Notes under the pieces: generated by a model
Seen by the model: the letters and a program-made list of their open reading frames with translations, nothing else
Database searches by the model: none
What the model was told of the DNA's origin: nothing
Sequence record: OR896838.1
Length of the DNA stretch: 44,740 bases
DNA from: Escherichia phage McMelon
Reading direction: 5' to 3' (one strand)
Made by a program: the position numbers and the translations under genes
Shown: piece after piece, positions 9,357 to 19,600 of the stretch
How the letters are laid out: every line of letters begins with the position of its first letter
How positions within the stretch are numbered: position 1 is the stretch's first letter

Positions 9357-10082
9357 ATGGGTTATCAACTTCCCAACGGGTCCAGCGTCCAGATCGGGTC
9401 CGTATTAGGCAGCGGCATCGCGGTTACGGCAGCTACCAACGCCGCCGCGTCGATCTCCGACCTTACGCAAGGTTGCGTAATTACCTGCGCGGCTTCGCAT
9501 GGTCTGGTTGTTGGCGACGTTGTTATGTTCACTAAAACCCCGTGGGCCCGAGCGCTTAAACGCGCGTTCATCGTGGGTAAAGTGGATACTAACGACGTGA
9601 CGCTGGCGCGCTTCGATACTCAAGACGTCACAAAATACCCTACCGGCGCTTTCGGCGTAGGCACGCCGGGCGAAGTGGTGAAGGTGTCGAGCTTTATCGA
9701 CTTCCCGTTTATCACTAACGTTGCCGTGTCTGGTGGCGACCAGCAGACCACCACCTTCCAGCCGTTGCAGGTGAATACCGCGATCAGTCTGAACACCACG
9801 AAAAACCCGGTGGTACAGACTTACACCTTCACCCACGACGAAGAAGACCCGATCCGCCCAATCCTGGAAGACCTGGACGACACACAGAAAACCACTGTGA
9901 TTAAGTTCACTAACCCAGCGGCAGCAAGCGGCAAAGGTGAGATTCGTATTTACCCAGCTAAGGTATCTTTCCAGAAGATTCCGTCCGCTGAAGTAAACAA
10001 CGTGGAAACGGTACAATCCACTCTGACCATGCAGTCTGATATGGTTATCTACCGTAAGGATCTGGTCGAGGCATTGTCTTGA
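9357..10082 (+). CDS. major tail protein
   Basis: 241 aa, RBS AGGAG, followed by strong terminator and the G/GT chaperone pair. Confidence 0.7.
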   Translation: MGYQLPNGSSVQIGSVLGSGIAVTAATNAAASISDLTQGCVITCAASHGLVVGDVVMFTKTPWARALKRAFIVGKVDTNDVTLARFDTQDVTKYPTGAFGVGTPGEVVKVSSFIDFPFITNVAVSGGDQQTTTFQPLQVNTAISLNTTKNPVVQTYTFTHDEEDPIRPILEDLDDTQKTTVIKFTNPAAASGKGEIRIYPAKVSFQKIPSAEVNNVETVQSTLTMQSDMVIYRKDLVEALS

Positions 10083-10111
10083 TTTGGTCGCTTAAATAGC
10101 GAGTGATAATA

Positions 10112-10136
10112 TGGGGCCAGCACGGCCCCTTTTTTA
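10112..10136 (+). terminator. rho-independent terminator
   Basis: GGGGCC-agca-CGGCCCC hairpin followed by a T-run. Confidence 0.7.
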
Positions 10137-10151
10137 TTGGAGAATACTACA

Positions 10152-10514
10152 ATGGCTAAAGCACCACTCTTCACACTTGACCCTAAGCCAACCTTTAAGC
10201 TGCCGATTGAGATCCCGCGCCCTGGTGAGAACGAACCAGGCAAGATGACGTTTACCGTACGCCACCGCCCGATCGACGAGTTTTCGCAGACCATGCAGGA
10301 CACCGAACGCAAGCTGTCGGAATATGACGACAATGACCCGGACGGCTTTAACGTTATGGTCGAGGCCATCATGCACGTCGCAGAAGGCTGGAATCTGCCG
10401 GACGAATTTAACGCGGAGAACGTCCGCCGCCTGGTGGTCAACTATCCACGCGCGTTCGGTGTGTTCCACACGTCGTACTATCTCGAACTGATGGGGTTGC
10501 GTGAAAAAAACTAA
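10152..10514 (+). CDS. tail assembly chaperone (lambda G-like)
   Basis: 120 aa between major tail protein and tape measure; ends with slippery A AAA AAC directly before the stop. Confidence 0.7.
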   Translation: MAKAPLFTLDPKPTFKLPIEIPRPGENEPGKMTFTVRHRPIDEFSQTMQDTERKLSEYDDNDPDGFNVMVEAIMHVAEGWNLPDEFNAENVRRLVVNYPRAFGVFHTSYYLELMGLREKN

Positions 10515-10828
10515 TTGAGGCGGCGCGACGCTTTTATGGCCCGCCGCCACCCTCCGAAGATTTAGCCGCAAGTTTATGGGGCGCGGCCCCCGAAGATGTT
10601 TGTCCACCTGTTGCGCTGTGGCCCGACAACGCGAAGGTAGTCGCAGTCTTCACAGATTGCTCCACGCAATGGCGCACCGGATTTGGTGGCGCATACGGCA
10701 TCGACTACGGCGTGCTGGAGTGGTTATTTAAGATGCACGGTATCGAAAACGAACAGCGCGCGTTTAAAGATATCAAGCTAATGGAACGAATAGCGCTTGA
10801 TGAGATGGCGCAGCAGAACCCCGCATAA
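10505..10828 (+). CDS. tail assembly chaperone frameshift extension (lambda T-like; made as fusion with 10152..10510 by -1 frameshift)
   Basis: Heptamer A AAA AAC at 10505..10511 followed by TAA; the -1 frame stays open about 105 codons to TAA at 10826..10828; canonical G/GT arrangement. Confidence 0.5.
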   Translation, partial: KKLIEAARRFYGPPPPSEDLAASLWGAAPEDVCPPVALWPDNAKVVAVFTDCSTQWRTGFGGAYGIDYGVLEWLFKMHGIENEQRAFKDIKLMERIALDEMAQQNPA

Positions 10829-11140
10829 TGAAGCGGGACGTCCCGCTTTGTCCCGCCCTGTAAAACCGCATATCTAATCACTTTCATTGCATAAACTCAA
10901 AGCGGGACAGGCGGGACGTCCCGTTTTGTCCCACCCATGAAATGTGCATACCTATTCGAATTTCGTGCATAAAACAAGCGGGACAGAAAGCGGGACAGAC
11001 AAGGGGCGGGACAAAGCGGGACAGCACCCCGTCCCCGCCAGTGCTGCCGCGGTTTTCAGCCGATCGGGACAAGCGGGACAAAGCCCAGTCTTTCAGACTA
11101 GACGGGGGTCAACGGCCCCCCTCGTCTGAGACTGAATAAG
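10829..11140. repeat. GCGGGACA iteron / palindrome array ending in GC-rich hairpin (copy A)
   Basis: At least 10 copies of GCGGGAC or its complement, including perfect palindrome GCGGGACGTCCCGC (10833..10846); terminal hairpin GACGGGGGTCAACGGCCCCCCTCGTC; about 150 bp nearly identical to 39030..39210. Confidence 0.7.
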
Positions 11141-11157
11141 GTTTGTTTGAAATTCGC

Positions 11158-11166
11158 TGATACAAT
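11158..11166 (+). promoter_or_regulatory. candidate extended -10 promoter (TGaTACAAT) upstream of tape measure gene
   Basis: TGnTACAAT-type element about 37 nt upstream of the TMP start; no good -35. Confidence 0.3.
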
Positions 11167-11202
11167 GACAGTCGGCAACTGCATAAAAAAGGGGACTGCA
11201 TA

Positions 11203-13845
11203 ATGGCAGATCAAGCAGCAGGCATCACGCTGAAGGCTGATGTTGCACAAATCAGAACGGCAAATACTGTGCTGGACTCCTTCGCACAGAAATCCGAGAA
11301 CACAGAAAACAAGGTTAAGAAATTAAACGACACCCTCGGCAAATCCAAAAAGGTGACGAGTGACGCCGCTGGCGGAATGGAAAAGCTGGCAAACGAATCG
11401 CAGCGCGCCGCCGACGGAATGACGAAACAGGAGCGACTCGCCAACCGGTTAGGCATGTCGACCAAAAACCTGGGCTTTGCCTCGCGTAACGCCGCATTCC
11501 AGTTACAGGATATTGCGGTAACGCTTGAGATGGGTATGCCGGTGCACCGCGTTATGCTTCAGCAGTTACCGCAGCTTACTGGGGCGTTCGGTGGATTTGG
11601 TAACACGCTGCGTTATGTTGCGGGCGTCCTCGGTCCGGTAGGGATCGGCATTGCAGCACTAACGGCAACGTTAGGCGTAGGGGTGGCAATTACGTCCCGC
11701 GCAGAGAACCAGGTCGCAGCGCTTAACAAGACGCTGGCGCTGTCAGGTAACATTTCCGGCCTCACTGCAAACCAGATCCTGGTGCTATCCGAGAACGCCG
11801 AGCGCATGGGCGGATCATTCCGCAAGACGCGAGACACAATCCAGTCGCTGGCGGCGGCGGGTGTGAAAGCGGGTGCGGACTTCGGCACGCTGGCGAAAGT
11901 GGTGAATGACTTTGCGAAGGTGTCCAGCCAGCCGATCGAGGATGTGGTCGCGGCGGTGGCGAAGTTGTCCACTGACCCGGTAGGCGGCTTGCGAGCATTG
12001 GCTGATAAGTATCACGTCGTAAACGAAGCGCAGATCCAGCAGGTGCAGTCGCTTGTGGATATGGGTCGCGAGACCGACGCGGTTGCGTTGGCTAACAAAA
12101 CCGCCGCAGCGTCGTTTACGACTATGACCAACGATATTAAGTCCAACATGGGTACGCTTGAGCGTTCGATGAACGTCGTCACATCGGCAGCTAAATCTAT
12201 GTGGGACGCTATCCTGGATGTGGGCCGCGCGCAGTCCTCCAATGAGTCAGAGATGAAAGCGCGCGAATCACTCCAGCGCATGACAACGGCTTACTATGCC
12301 GAGATGAAAGCGGTAAACGCTGCCGGTGGAGTGATGACCGAAGCGCAGAAAGCACGTATTAACATGCTTTACAGCGAACTGGTCGCACAGGAAAAAGTAG
12401 TGGCATCGCTCACCCTGCGTAACCGCGCAGAGCGAGACAACGCCCGCGCCGCGGACGAATCAGCGAAGGCGAACGAGGAGGCCAACCGCACCGCCCGTGA
12501 CCGCGCCGCGTTCGAGAAGGAATACGCCACCAACGCTAAGAAGCGCGCAGACGAGATCGCCCGCCTCAATTTGCTGAATAAGCGCGGCGTTATTGACGAG
12601 AAAGAGCTTGCTGAGGCGGTTAAGCAGGTAAACGAGCGTTACAAAGACCCGGCCCCGAAGAAGGCTGCGGCTGTTCGCGTGGATGCCGGTATGAAAATGC
12701 TGGAAGTCGCACGGAGCGAACTGGCACAGCTTCGGGAATCAGGCAAGCAGATCGAAGCCAACGCATCGACGCAGACCCGCACGCAACGCGCTCAAGCGGC
12801 CTTAAACAAGCTGATCGCGGATAATGAGCAGTTAATCGCCGCAAGCAAAGAAAGGGCGCTAACGGCAGCGGAAAAGCAGCAGATGGCAGAATTCGGACGC
12901 GTGAAGGAAGTGCGCGAGCAGATCGTCGAAGAAGCCAAATTGCTGGACGCGAAAGAGAAACAGGTCAAGGCGCACGCGCAGATCGACGCCTTCGTTAAGA
13001 ACCAGAACGCCGAGCTAAAAGCCACCGCGGCGGGCTATGCGCTTTCCACTCGCGAAGCGGCTAACCTGCGTGAAGAATTGCAGCTGATTGACCGCCTTAA
13101 GCGGGTGGGTGCTAGCGATACCGATATTGATCTGGCGGTGTCTAAGCTGCGCGAAGTGCAGGAAGCACAGACCGGTGCTAACGCCTCGCTATGGGATGGC
13201 TTCAGCCGCGGGCTTAAGGATAGCGTTGATGAAATGGGTACCGGCTATACGCAGATGACGTCACTCACAAAATTCACGTTCGGCGCCATGCAGGACACGA
13301 TGAACGAGTTTTTTGAGACTGGCAAGCTGAACGCAAAGGATATGGTTAAGTCCATCCTGAGCGAATTAATCAAGCTGGCTACATCGCAGGCGTTCAAGTC
13401 CATCGTTAGCGCTTTCGGCGGCGACGGCGGCAAAAACGGATTGTTCGGCGCTATCTTCTCTGGCCTCACTAAGAATGCGGACGGCGGAGCGTACGCAGGA
13501 GGCAATCTCGCGGCCTATTCGGGGAAAGTGGTAAGCCAGCCAACCTTTTTCAGTTATGGCGTTCAGGCGTTCGCTAAGGGCGCAGGATTGATGGGTGAGG
13601 CCGGACCAGAGGCCATCATGCCACTGAAGCGCGGCCCCGACGGCAAACTTGGAGTCGCCGCTGCCGGTGTAGGCGGGGGGATGATTGTAACGACCAACGT
13701 TAACATGGGGACCGGTAAGACGGATACCAGTGTTAGCGGACCAGACCCGCGCACCGCGCAGGCGTTCGGGAAGCAAATCACCGAGTCGGTCAAGGCCGAG
13801 ATCGTGAAGGCGACGAAACCGGGTGGTGTACTTTACAAACGATGA
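11203..13845 (+). CDS. tail tape measure protein
   Basis: 880 aa, long helical A/K/E-rich regions and Gly-rich C-terminal part; follows the G/GT chaperone. Confidence 0.85.
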   Translation: MADQAAGITLKADVAQIRTANTVLDSFAQKSENTENKVKKLNDTLGKSKKVTSDAAGGMEKLANESQRAADGMTKQERLANRLGMSTKNLGFASRNAAFQLQDIAVTLEMGMPVHRVMLQQLPQLTGAFGGFGNTLRYVAGVLGPVGIGIAALTATLGVGVAITSRAENQVAALNKTLALSGNISGLTANQILVLSENAERMGGSFRKTRDTIQSLAAAGVKAGADFGTLAKVVNDFAKVSSQPIEDVVAAVAKLSTDPVGGLRALADKYHVVNEAQIQQVQSLVDMGRETDAVALANKTAAASFTTMTNDIKSNMGTLERSMNVVTSAAKSMWDAILDVGRAQSSNESEMKARESLQRMTTAYYAEMKAVNAAGGVMTEAQKARINMLYSELVAQEKVVASLTLRNRAERDNARAADESAKANEEANRTARDRAAFEKEYATNAKKRADEIARLNLLNKRGVIDEKELAEAVKQVNERYKDPAPKKAAAVRVDAGMKMLEVARSELAQLRESGKQIEANASTQTRTQRAQAALNKLIADNEQLIAASKERALTAAEKQQMAEFGRVKEVREQIVEEAKLLDAKEKQVKAHAQIDAFVKNQNAELKATAAGYALSTREAANLREELQLIDRLKRVGASDTDIDLAVSKLREVQEAQTGANASLWDGFSRGLKDSVDEMGTGYTQMTSLTKFTFGAMQDTMNEFFETGKLNAKDMVKSILSELIKLATSQAFKSIVSAFGGDGGKNGLFGAIFSGLTKNADGGAYAGGNLAAYSGKVVSQPTFFSYGVQAFAKGAGLMGEAGPEAIMPLKRGPDGKLGVAAAGVGGGMIVTTNVNMGTGKTDTSVSGPDPRTAQAFGKQITESVKAEIVKATKPGGVLYKR

Positions 13846-13880
13846 TAAAATGGCCCTCACTACAACGTGGGGGCTTTTTT

Positions 13881-14480
13881 ATGTCACAAGGTACAATCAC
13901 ACTAACGAAAGGAAGTAAGACCGTCACGGGCGCGGGGACGGCGTTCCTGAGCGAGATTGGGAAGGTCCGCGTATTTGCCCGCATCGACGGCAACGACTAC
14001 ACCGGCAAAATTGCGGCATTCAACTCTGACACTGAAATCACCCTGGTTGATAGCTGGGCTGGCCCGACAAAAGCAGGTGCGGCTTATGAGCTAATCGAAG
14101 CGCACGACCCGCGGTCAAACGAATGGCCCTATTACTGGCACATGCAATTGCAAGGCGGCGGGGACGTGCAGTTAGCTTTCCGGTCCGAGGAATTGCAATT
14201 TGGTAACGGTTACGGTCAGAACATCGCGGACGGCCCGAACGCCGAAACGAAACAGTTCCCCGTGCAATTCATCGGACTTACTACTGACAAGTGGTGTGAC
14301 CCTAAACTGGTTTACAACTTTCTTCGCGGTCACTTCGTCAAACCGTTTGTTGTCACCGCGCCGGATGGCGAAACAGGTTTATTCGTGGTCGAGCGTTCGA
14401 GCTTGTCGTACACTGACAACGGACACTACACGGCAACGGTATCTGCAACCCTTAAGACAGCTATTGGATTCGTAAGATGA
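13881..14480 (+). CDS. minor tail protein (lambda M-like C-terminal half with N-terminal extension)
   Basis: C-terminal QFGNGYGQN...FPVQF resembles the lambda gpM motif; alternative ATG at 13842 overlaps the TMP stop. Confidence 0.55.
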   Translation: MSQGTITLTKGSKTVTGAGTAFLSEIGKVRVFARIDGNDYTGKIAAFNSDTEITLVDSWAGPTKAGAAYELIEAHDPRSNEWPYYWHMQLQGGGDVQLAFRSEELQFGNGYGQNIADGPNAETKQFPVQFIGLTTDKWCDPKLVYNFLRGHFVKPFVVTAPDGETGLFVVERSSLSYTDNGHYTATVSATLKTAIGFVR

Positions 14481-15265
14481 ATAAACTCTATCGTGAGGCG
14501 ACGCGCTTTGACCCATCGGGACGCGTTCGCCTGATTCACATTGATGCGCAGGACGTGGAGCCGGGCGACGGCGCGATCGGCGCAGGCCATCACTATTTTC
14601 ACTACTGCTTTATTCCGCACACTGCCGAGGATATTGCTGCCGCAGGCGGTGACGAGGACAAGCTAAAACCTAAATCCATCTTCTTCGGCGGGCAGGAGTT
14701 CGAATTTTGGCCCTTCGATCTTTCCGGCCTTAACTTCTCCACATCAACGGCAGCAGAACCGCAGCTAACCATCGTTGATATTGGCGGCATAATCACCCGG
14801 CTGTCGCTGAATCACGACCAGCTACTGGGCGCGAAGGTTGAAATAATCGACACGTTCGCGAAGTTCCTGGATAACGGGTCGGATCCAGACCCTACGCAAA
14901 AACGTGTCCAGGAGTATTACATCGACTCACAGGTCGGGCGCAATCCGGGCAAGCAAATCACCTTCGCATTATCCTCACCCGCGGATATGGAGGGGCAAGT
15001 AGTTCCCCGCCGCCAGATCATGAACATGTGCGAATGGGCGCTCAATGGGAAGTACGCCAGCGGGGACGGATGCACGTGGAACCTTGCGAAGCCTGGCATC
15101 AAGTATTACGACGAGCGTGGAAATGAAGTCATCGCGATGAATATGGACCGATGCGGCGGCTGTTTGTCCGACTGTTATCTTCGTTTTGGACAGGGGCTTG
15201 CGGACCCGAAAGCGGCGGTGCTGGACTTCGGCGGTTTTCCTGGGTCCAAATTAATTAAGGGGTAG
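14477..15265 (+). CDS. minor tail protein L-like
   Basis: 262 aa; C-terminal Cys cluster (CGGCLSDC) as in lambda gpL; synteny M-L-K-I-J. Confidence 0.7.
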   Translation: MNKLYREATRFDPSGRVRLIHIDAQDVEPGDGAIGAGHHYFHYCFIPHTAEDIAAAGGDEDKLKPKSIFFGGQEFEFWPFDLSGLNFSTSTAAEPQLTIVDIGGIITRLSLNHDQLLGAKVEIIDTFAKFLDNGSDPDPTQKRVQEYYIDSQVGRNPGKQITFALSSPADMEGQVVPRRQIMNMCEWALNGKYASGDGCTWNLAKPGIKYYDERGNEVIAMNMDRCGGCLSDCYLRFGQGLADPKAAVLDFGGFPGSKLIKG

Positions 15266-15267
15266 CC

Positions 15268-16008
15268 ATGCTAACGAAAAAGGTAAAACGCGATATCGCC
15301 GCACATGTCGCGGCATGTCTGCCGGAAGAAGCCTGCGGGCTGGTCGTCATGGTGGGCCGTAAGCAAGTATTCGTCCCGTGCCTGAACGTCTTCGAAGACC
15401 CGACCGGCGTGCGCTCGCGCAAAGACGCGTTTACAATTAGCGATATGGCCTGGATGGATGCCGAGGATATGGGCGACGTCGTGCGCGTAGTCCACTCGCA
15501 CCCCGGTCAGCGCGATCTAGCCCCGTCATTGGGCGACGTTAACGGATGCAACGGCAGCGGCGTCGTCTGGACCATCACTAACGAATATGGCGACTTTATC
15601 GAGATCGACCCGGAAGACCCGCCGCTGGTAGGTCGCCGATTTGTTCTCGGAATTACGGATTGTTACGGCCTCGTTATGGACTGGCACAAAAAGCAGGGCG
15701 TAAACCTGCCAGACTTCCGTGTACCATACAACTGGTGGGAGACAGGCGAAAACCTGTATATGGACAATTGGTATGGCGCGGGCTTCCGGGAGTGTGAGGA
15801 GAATACGCCAGGGGCTATGGTCATCATGCAGATTAGCGCGCCCGTGCCTAACCATGCCGGAATCTACCTTCCGGGCAACCAATTACTACACCATATCTAC
15901 GGTAGCCTGTCGAGCGTGATCCCCTTCCGGGCGGGATTTTTCCGCGACAATGTGGTTAAATGGGTACGTCATAAAGACCTACCGGGGAATATCACAGAAT
16001 GGCAATGA
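15268..16008 (+). CDS. tail assembly protein K-like (MPN/JAMM + NlpC/P60 domains)
   Basis: HSHPG...SLGD JAMM-like motif and downstream Cys-containing DCYGLV as in lambda gpK. Confidence 0.75.
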   Translation: MLTKKVKRDIAAHVAACLPEEACGLVVMVGRKQVFVPCLNVFEDPTGVRSRKDAFTISDMAWMDAEDMGDVVRVVHSHPGQRDLAPSLGDVNGCNGSGVVWTITNEYGDFIEIDPEDPPLVGRRFVLGITDCYGLVMDWHKKQGVNLPDFRVPYNWWETGENLYMDNWYGAGFRECEENTPGAMVIMQISAPVPNHAGIYLPGNQLLHHIYGSLSSVIPFRAGFFRDNVVKWVRHKDLPGNITEWQ

Positions 16009-16616
16009 CCACCTTTAAACTATACGGCGTCTTAGGACGTCGTTTCGGTAAAGTGCATAAGCTGGACTGCTTCACGCCGGGCGAGGGTATCACCGGCCTG
16101 TGTGTGAAGTTACCAGGCCTACAGGACTTTTTAATGTCGGCCCACCTGGACAACATGATGTTCAAAGTGCGCAAGGGCAATCACACTATGACCGGCTACG
16201 ATGAGTTGGGCGAGTTCCACGGCGACCGCGTAGTGACCATCGCGCCGGTTATGACTGGCGCAAAAAGCGGACTGGGCCAATTGCTGGCGGGGGTAGCAAT
16301 CGTGGTGGCGTCGTTCTATACCGGCGGGCTTGCGACTGCCGCTTTCGGAGCTTCAGCTGCGACCGCTGCCGCTATCGGTACAGCGACGTTTTCGTTTGGG
16401 ATGTCGATGGCGCTGGGTGGCGTTATGCAATTGCTGTCGCCACAACCGAAAGGATTGCAGACCCGGCAGGACGTGGATAACAAGGCGTCGTACGCGTTCG
16501 GCGGACCGGTAAACACTACCGCGCAAGGAACGGCACTTGGGGTATTATGGGGCGAGCGTGAGATCGGCGGCGCTATTATTTCAGCCGGAATCGTAACCGA
16601 GGATTTGAACGAATGA
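15999..16616 (+). CDS. tail assembly protein I-like
   Basis: 205 aa; Gly/Ala-rich hydrophobic C-terminal half; position between K-like and J-like genes. Confidence 0.6.
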   Translation: MAMTTFKLYGVLGRRFGKVHKLDCFTPGEGITGLCVKLPGLQDFLMSAHLDNMMFKVRKGNHTMTGYDELGEFHGDRVVTIAPVMTGAKSGLGQLLAGVAIVVASFYTGGLATAAFGASAATAAAIGTATFSFGMSMALGGVMQLLSPQPKGLQTRQDVDNKASYAFGGPVNTTAQGTALGVLWGEREIGGAIISAGIVTEDLNE

Positions 16617-19600
16617 CGATTATCTACGACGTCACAGGCCATAAAGGCGGCGGCGGCAAACAGCACACCCCGCAGGAAACGCCGGACAGCCTGCATTCGC
16701 TGGCTAAAATCCGCATCTTGCTTGCGCTGGGGGAAGGGGAGTTCGAAAGTATTACCAGCGCCAGCGAATTGCGGCAGCGAGTATATCTGGACGGCACGCC
16801 GATCCAAAACGCCGACCTGTCGGAAAACTTCCCAGGCGCGCGCGTGGAGTTCCGCCCCGGCACACAGCACCAGGACGTGATCCACGGATTTTCAGCGGTG
16901 GAAAGTGAGCAATCCGTCGGCGTAAAACTGGAAAACGGCACGCCGTGGGTGCGCCAGATTAACGACACCAGTCTTGACGCCGTGCGCATTCGTGTTGGTA
17001 TCCCAGCTTTGTACACCAGCGAAGATAATGGCGACCTGGTGGGCGGGCGCATCGACTATAAGATCGTTGTATATACGGATAACGCCGACCCGCGTGAGTT
17101 TACCTTCGCTGCCGTTGGCAAAACAATGTCGCTGTATGAGCGGGACCACCGCATCGAGCTACCGCCGAACGTTAACACCGGCTGGCGCGTGGAAGTTCAC
17201 CGCACAACGGCAGATTCCACATCGGCGAAAGTGGTGAACGATATCCAGGTACAATCAATCACTGAGATTATCGACGCCCGCCTTCGCTACCCGCTAACAG
17301 CGCTGTTGTTCGTTGAGTTCGACGCTAAAGCGTTCCAGAACATCCCGCGCGTATCCATTAAGTGCAAAGGACGAAAAGTTCTAATCCCGAACAACTACGA
17401 CCCGATTAATCATACTTATTCTGGCGACTGGGACGGGACGTTTAAACGCGCATGGACGGATAACCCGGCGTGGCACTGGTATGATATCTGTATTACGGAG
17501 CGCTTCGGCCTCGGTCGCCGGATAAAGCCGCAAATGCTAAACCGTTACGCGCTCTACCAGATTGCGCAGCGCTGCGACCAGATGGTAAGCGACGGAAACG
17601 GCGGACGGGAAATCCGCTTTAAGAATGATATGTACATCCAGTCGCAGACCGACGCATGGACCGTGCTTAAGGATTTAGCAGCCATCTTTGCGGGTATGAC
17701 CTGGTGGGGAAACCAGATGTTGAATATCGTCAGTGACCAGCCGGTCGCAGCGGTATCGCACACTATCACCAACGCCTCGGTAATTGATGGCAGATTCGAC
17801 TACGCGTCAGGGAGCCAGAAAACTCGCTATTCCACGTTCGCGGTAGCATACGGCAACCCGAAAAACCACTACGATGATGCCATCGCAACGGGGCAACGTG
17901 TCGAACTGGTACGCCGCCATAAGATTAACCGTCTCGATATAACGGCGATCGGCTGTACGCGTGAATCAGAAGCGCAACGCCGGGGGCACTGGGCGCTAAT
18001 CTCCAACCAGCTTGACCAGCAAGTTAGCTTTAAAGTCGGCATGGAAGGGCTGTTTTTTATCCCAGGAAGCGTAGTGGCGATCGCGGATACTAACATTTCC
18101 GGCGGCTTCGAGACACGCGGCGGACGCCTGTTGTCAGACCCAGGCACGCGTACTGTGCTGAACACAGACAGCGAAATCACGTTCCGCCCAGGTGATAAAT
18201 TCATGGTACGCACCGATAGCGGTAATGTGGAGACTCGCGAGATCGCCAGCGTCAACGGCAACAAGGTCACGCTAAAAACTGCACTGGACGCCGACCCGAT
18301 TCCCGATCAACCGTTTTGCGTTGACGGCGATGATATCCAGTTGCAAAAGTTCCGCATCACCGACCTGGAATACGACGACGCTACCAGCACTTTTTCAGTG
18401 CGCGGGATTGAGTACAACGATAGCAAATATGATGCCGTTGATAATGGCGCTCGCCTTGACCCAGGCATCTTTACGCAAGTGCCTGACGGCGTAATGAAGG
18501 GGCCGGAGTCAGTGACCATCACCCCGTCGCAGATTTCATCACAAGGCCAGCTAATCACCAACGTGGATATTGTCTTCCCGCCGGTGAAGGATGCCGTTGT
18601 TTATGAAATCCAGTGGCGACGTACCAGCCTGCAGAATATGGCGATCCAGTGGGGTAACGACTGGGTGAACATCCCACGCACGGCATCGAACGGCGCGCAC
18701 ATCCCCAACGTGTTCTCCGGTAACTATCAGGCACGCGTCCGCGCAATCGGTATGGGTGAAATCTCGTCCCCGTGGGTGTCGTCCCCCATCACGCCGATCG
18801 AAGGTCGCCTCGGGGGGCTTAATGCGCCAATCATCACCAACGCTATTTCAGGTTTGCACCAGATCCTATGGAAGTGGAACCACAACAACGCCGCGACGGA
18901 TATATCTTACACAGAGCTTGAAGTGCGCAAGACGGGCGAAACGGAATGGAAATTCCTGTCCAACGTCCCATATCCGGGGGCGGAGTATGCGCAAACGTCG
19001 CTGGAGTTCGGCATTTACCAGCAGTTGCGCGCCCGCGTAGCGGATAAAATCGGAAACCTGTCTGACTGGTCCGCCCCGTTTGAAGGCCAGGTGAGTGACA
19101 AAGTCGACGAATACATGAAGGGGCTTGATAACGAGTTCTTGACTTCCGAAGATGGTAAACACTTCCAGGAAGCAATCGACACCATGCCGCAAGGCATTTA
19201 CGAGGCTATGCTAACCGACGCCCAGCAGCTATTCATCGCCCGCGCCGAATATCAAGGGATCTACGCAGAAATCAAGGTGGCGTATAACGTGGCGGTGGAT
19301 GCTAACGAGGCCGTGGCGCAACTGGAGACGTTGATCGGCACGCGCCTTGACGATGCGGAAGCGTCAATCCACACGTTGCAGACCGCGCAAAGCACACACG
19401 AACAAGCGTTCGCCCAGTACCAGCAGACTGTTGCCGCTAAATTTGGGGAACAGGAAGCTGCCATCCAGCAGGTACAAACGGCAACGGCAGACGTAGCGGG
19501 CGCACTGGCGGAGTACAAGACCCAGGTAGCGGCACAGTTCGACCAACAGTCCGCAGCTATTGAGCAGAAGATGACGTCTTCGTTTAACCATACTGGCGGT

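Noticed and set aside
9405-10016. 203-aa minus-strand ORF antisense to major tail protein
   Set aside because: Shadow ORF; Arg/His-rich; no RBS.
10950-10970. tRNA-like TTCGAAT motif in repeat region A
   Set aside because: No flanking GG/CC T-arm context or acceptor-stem complementarity found by eye; intergenic regions are too short or repeat-filled for a convincing tRNA.
10942-11139. About 65-aa ORFs inside the GCGGGACA repeat (and counterparts at 38944..39208)
   Set aside because: Open frames created by stop-poor GC-rich repeats; the two copies differ by indels that would not preserve one protein; no RBS. Treated as non-coding repeat.
10829-11140. Possible CRISPR array
   Set aside because: Repeat unit is only 7-8 bp with irregular 2-8 bp spacing and mixed orientation; no cas genes; not CRISPR-like.
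13366-13860. 164-aa minus-strand ORF antisense to tape measure gene
   Set aside because: Shadow ORF in GC-rich coding region.
16316-16885. 189-aa minus-strand ORF antisense to the I-like/J-like tail gene junction
   Set aside because: Shadow ORF; no start context.
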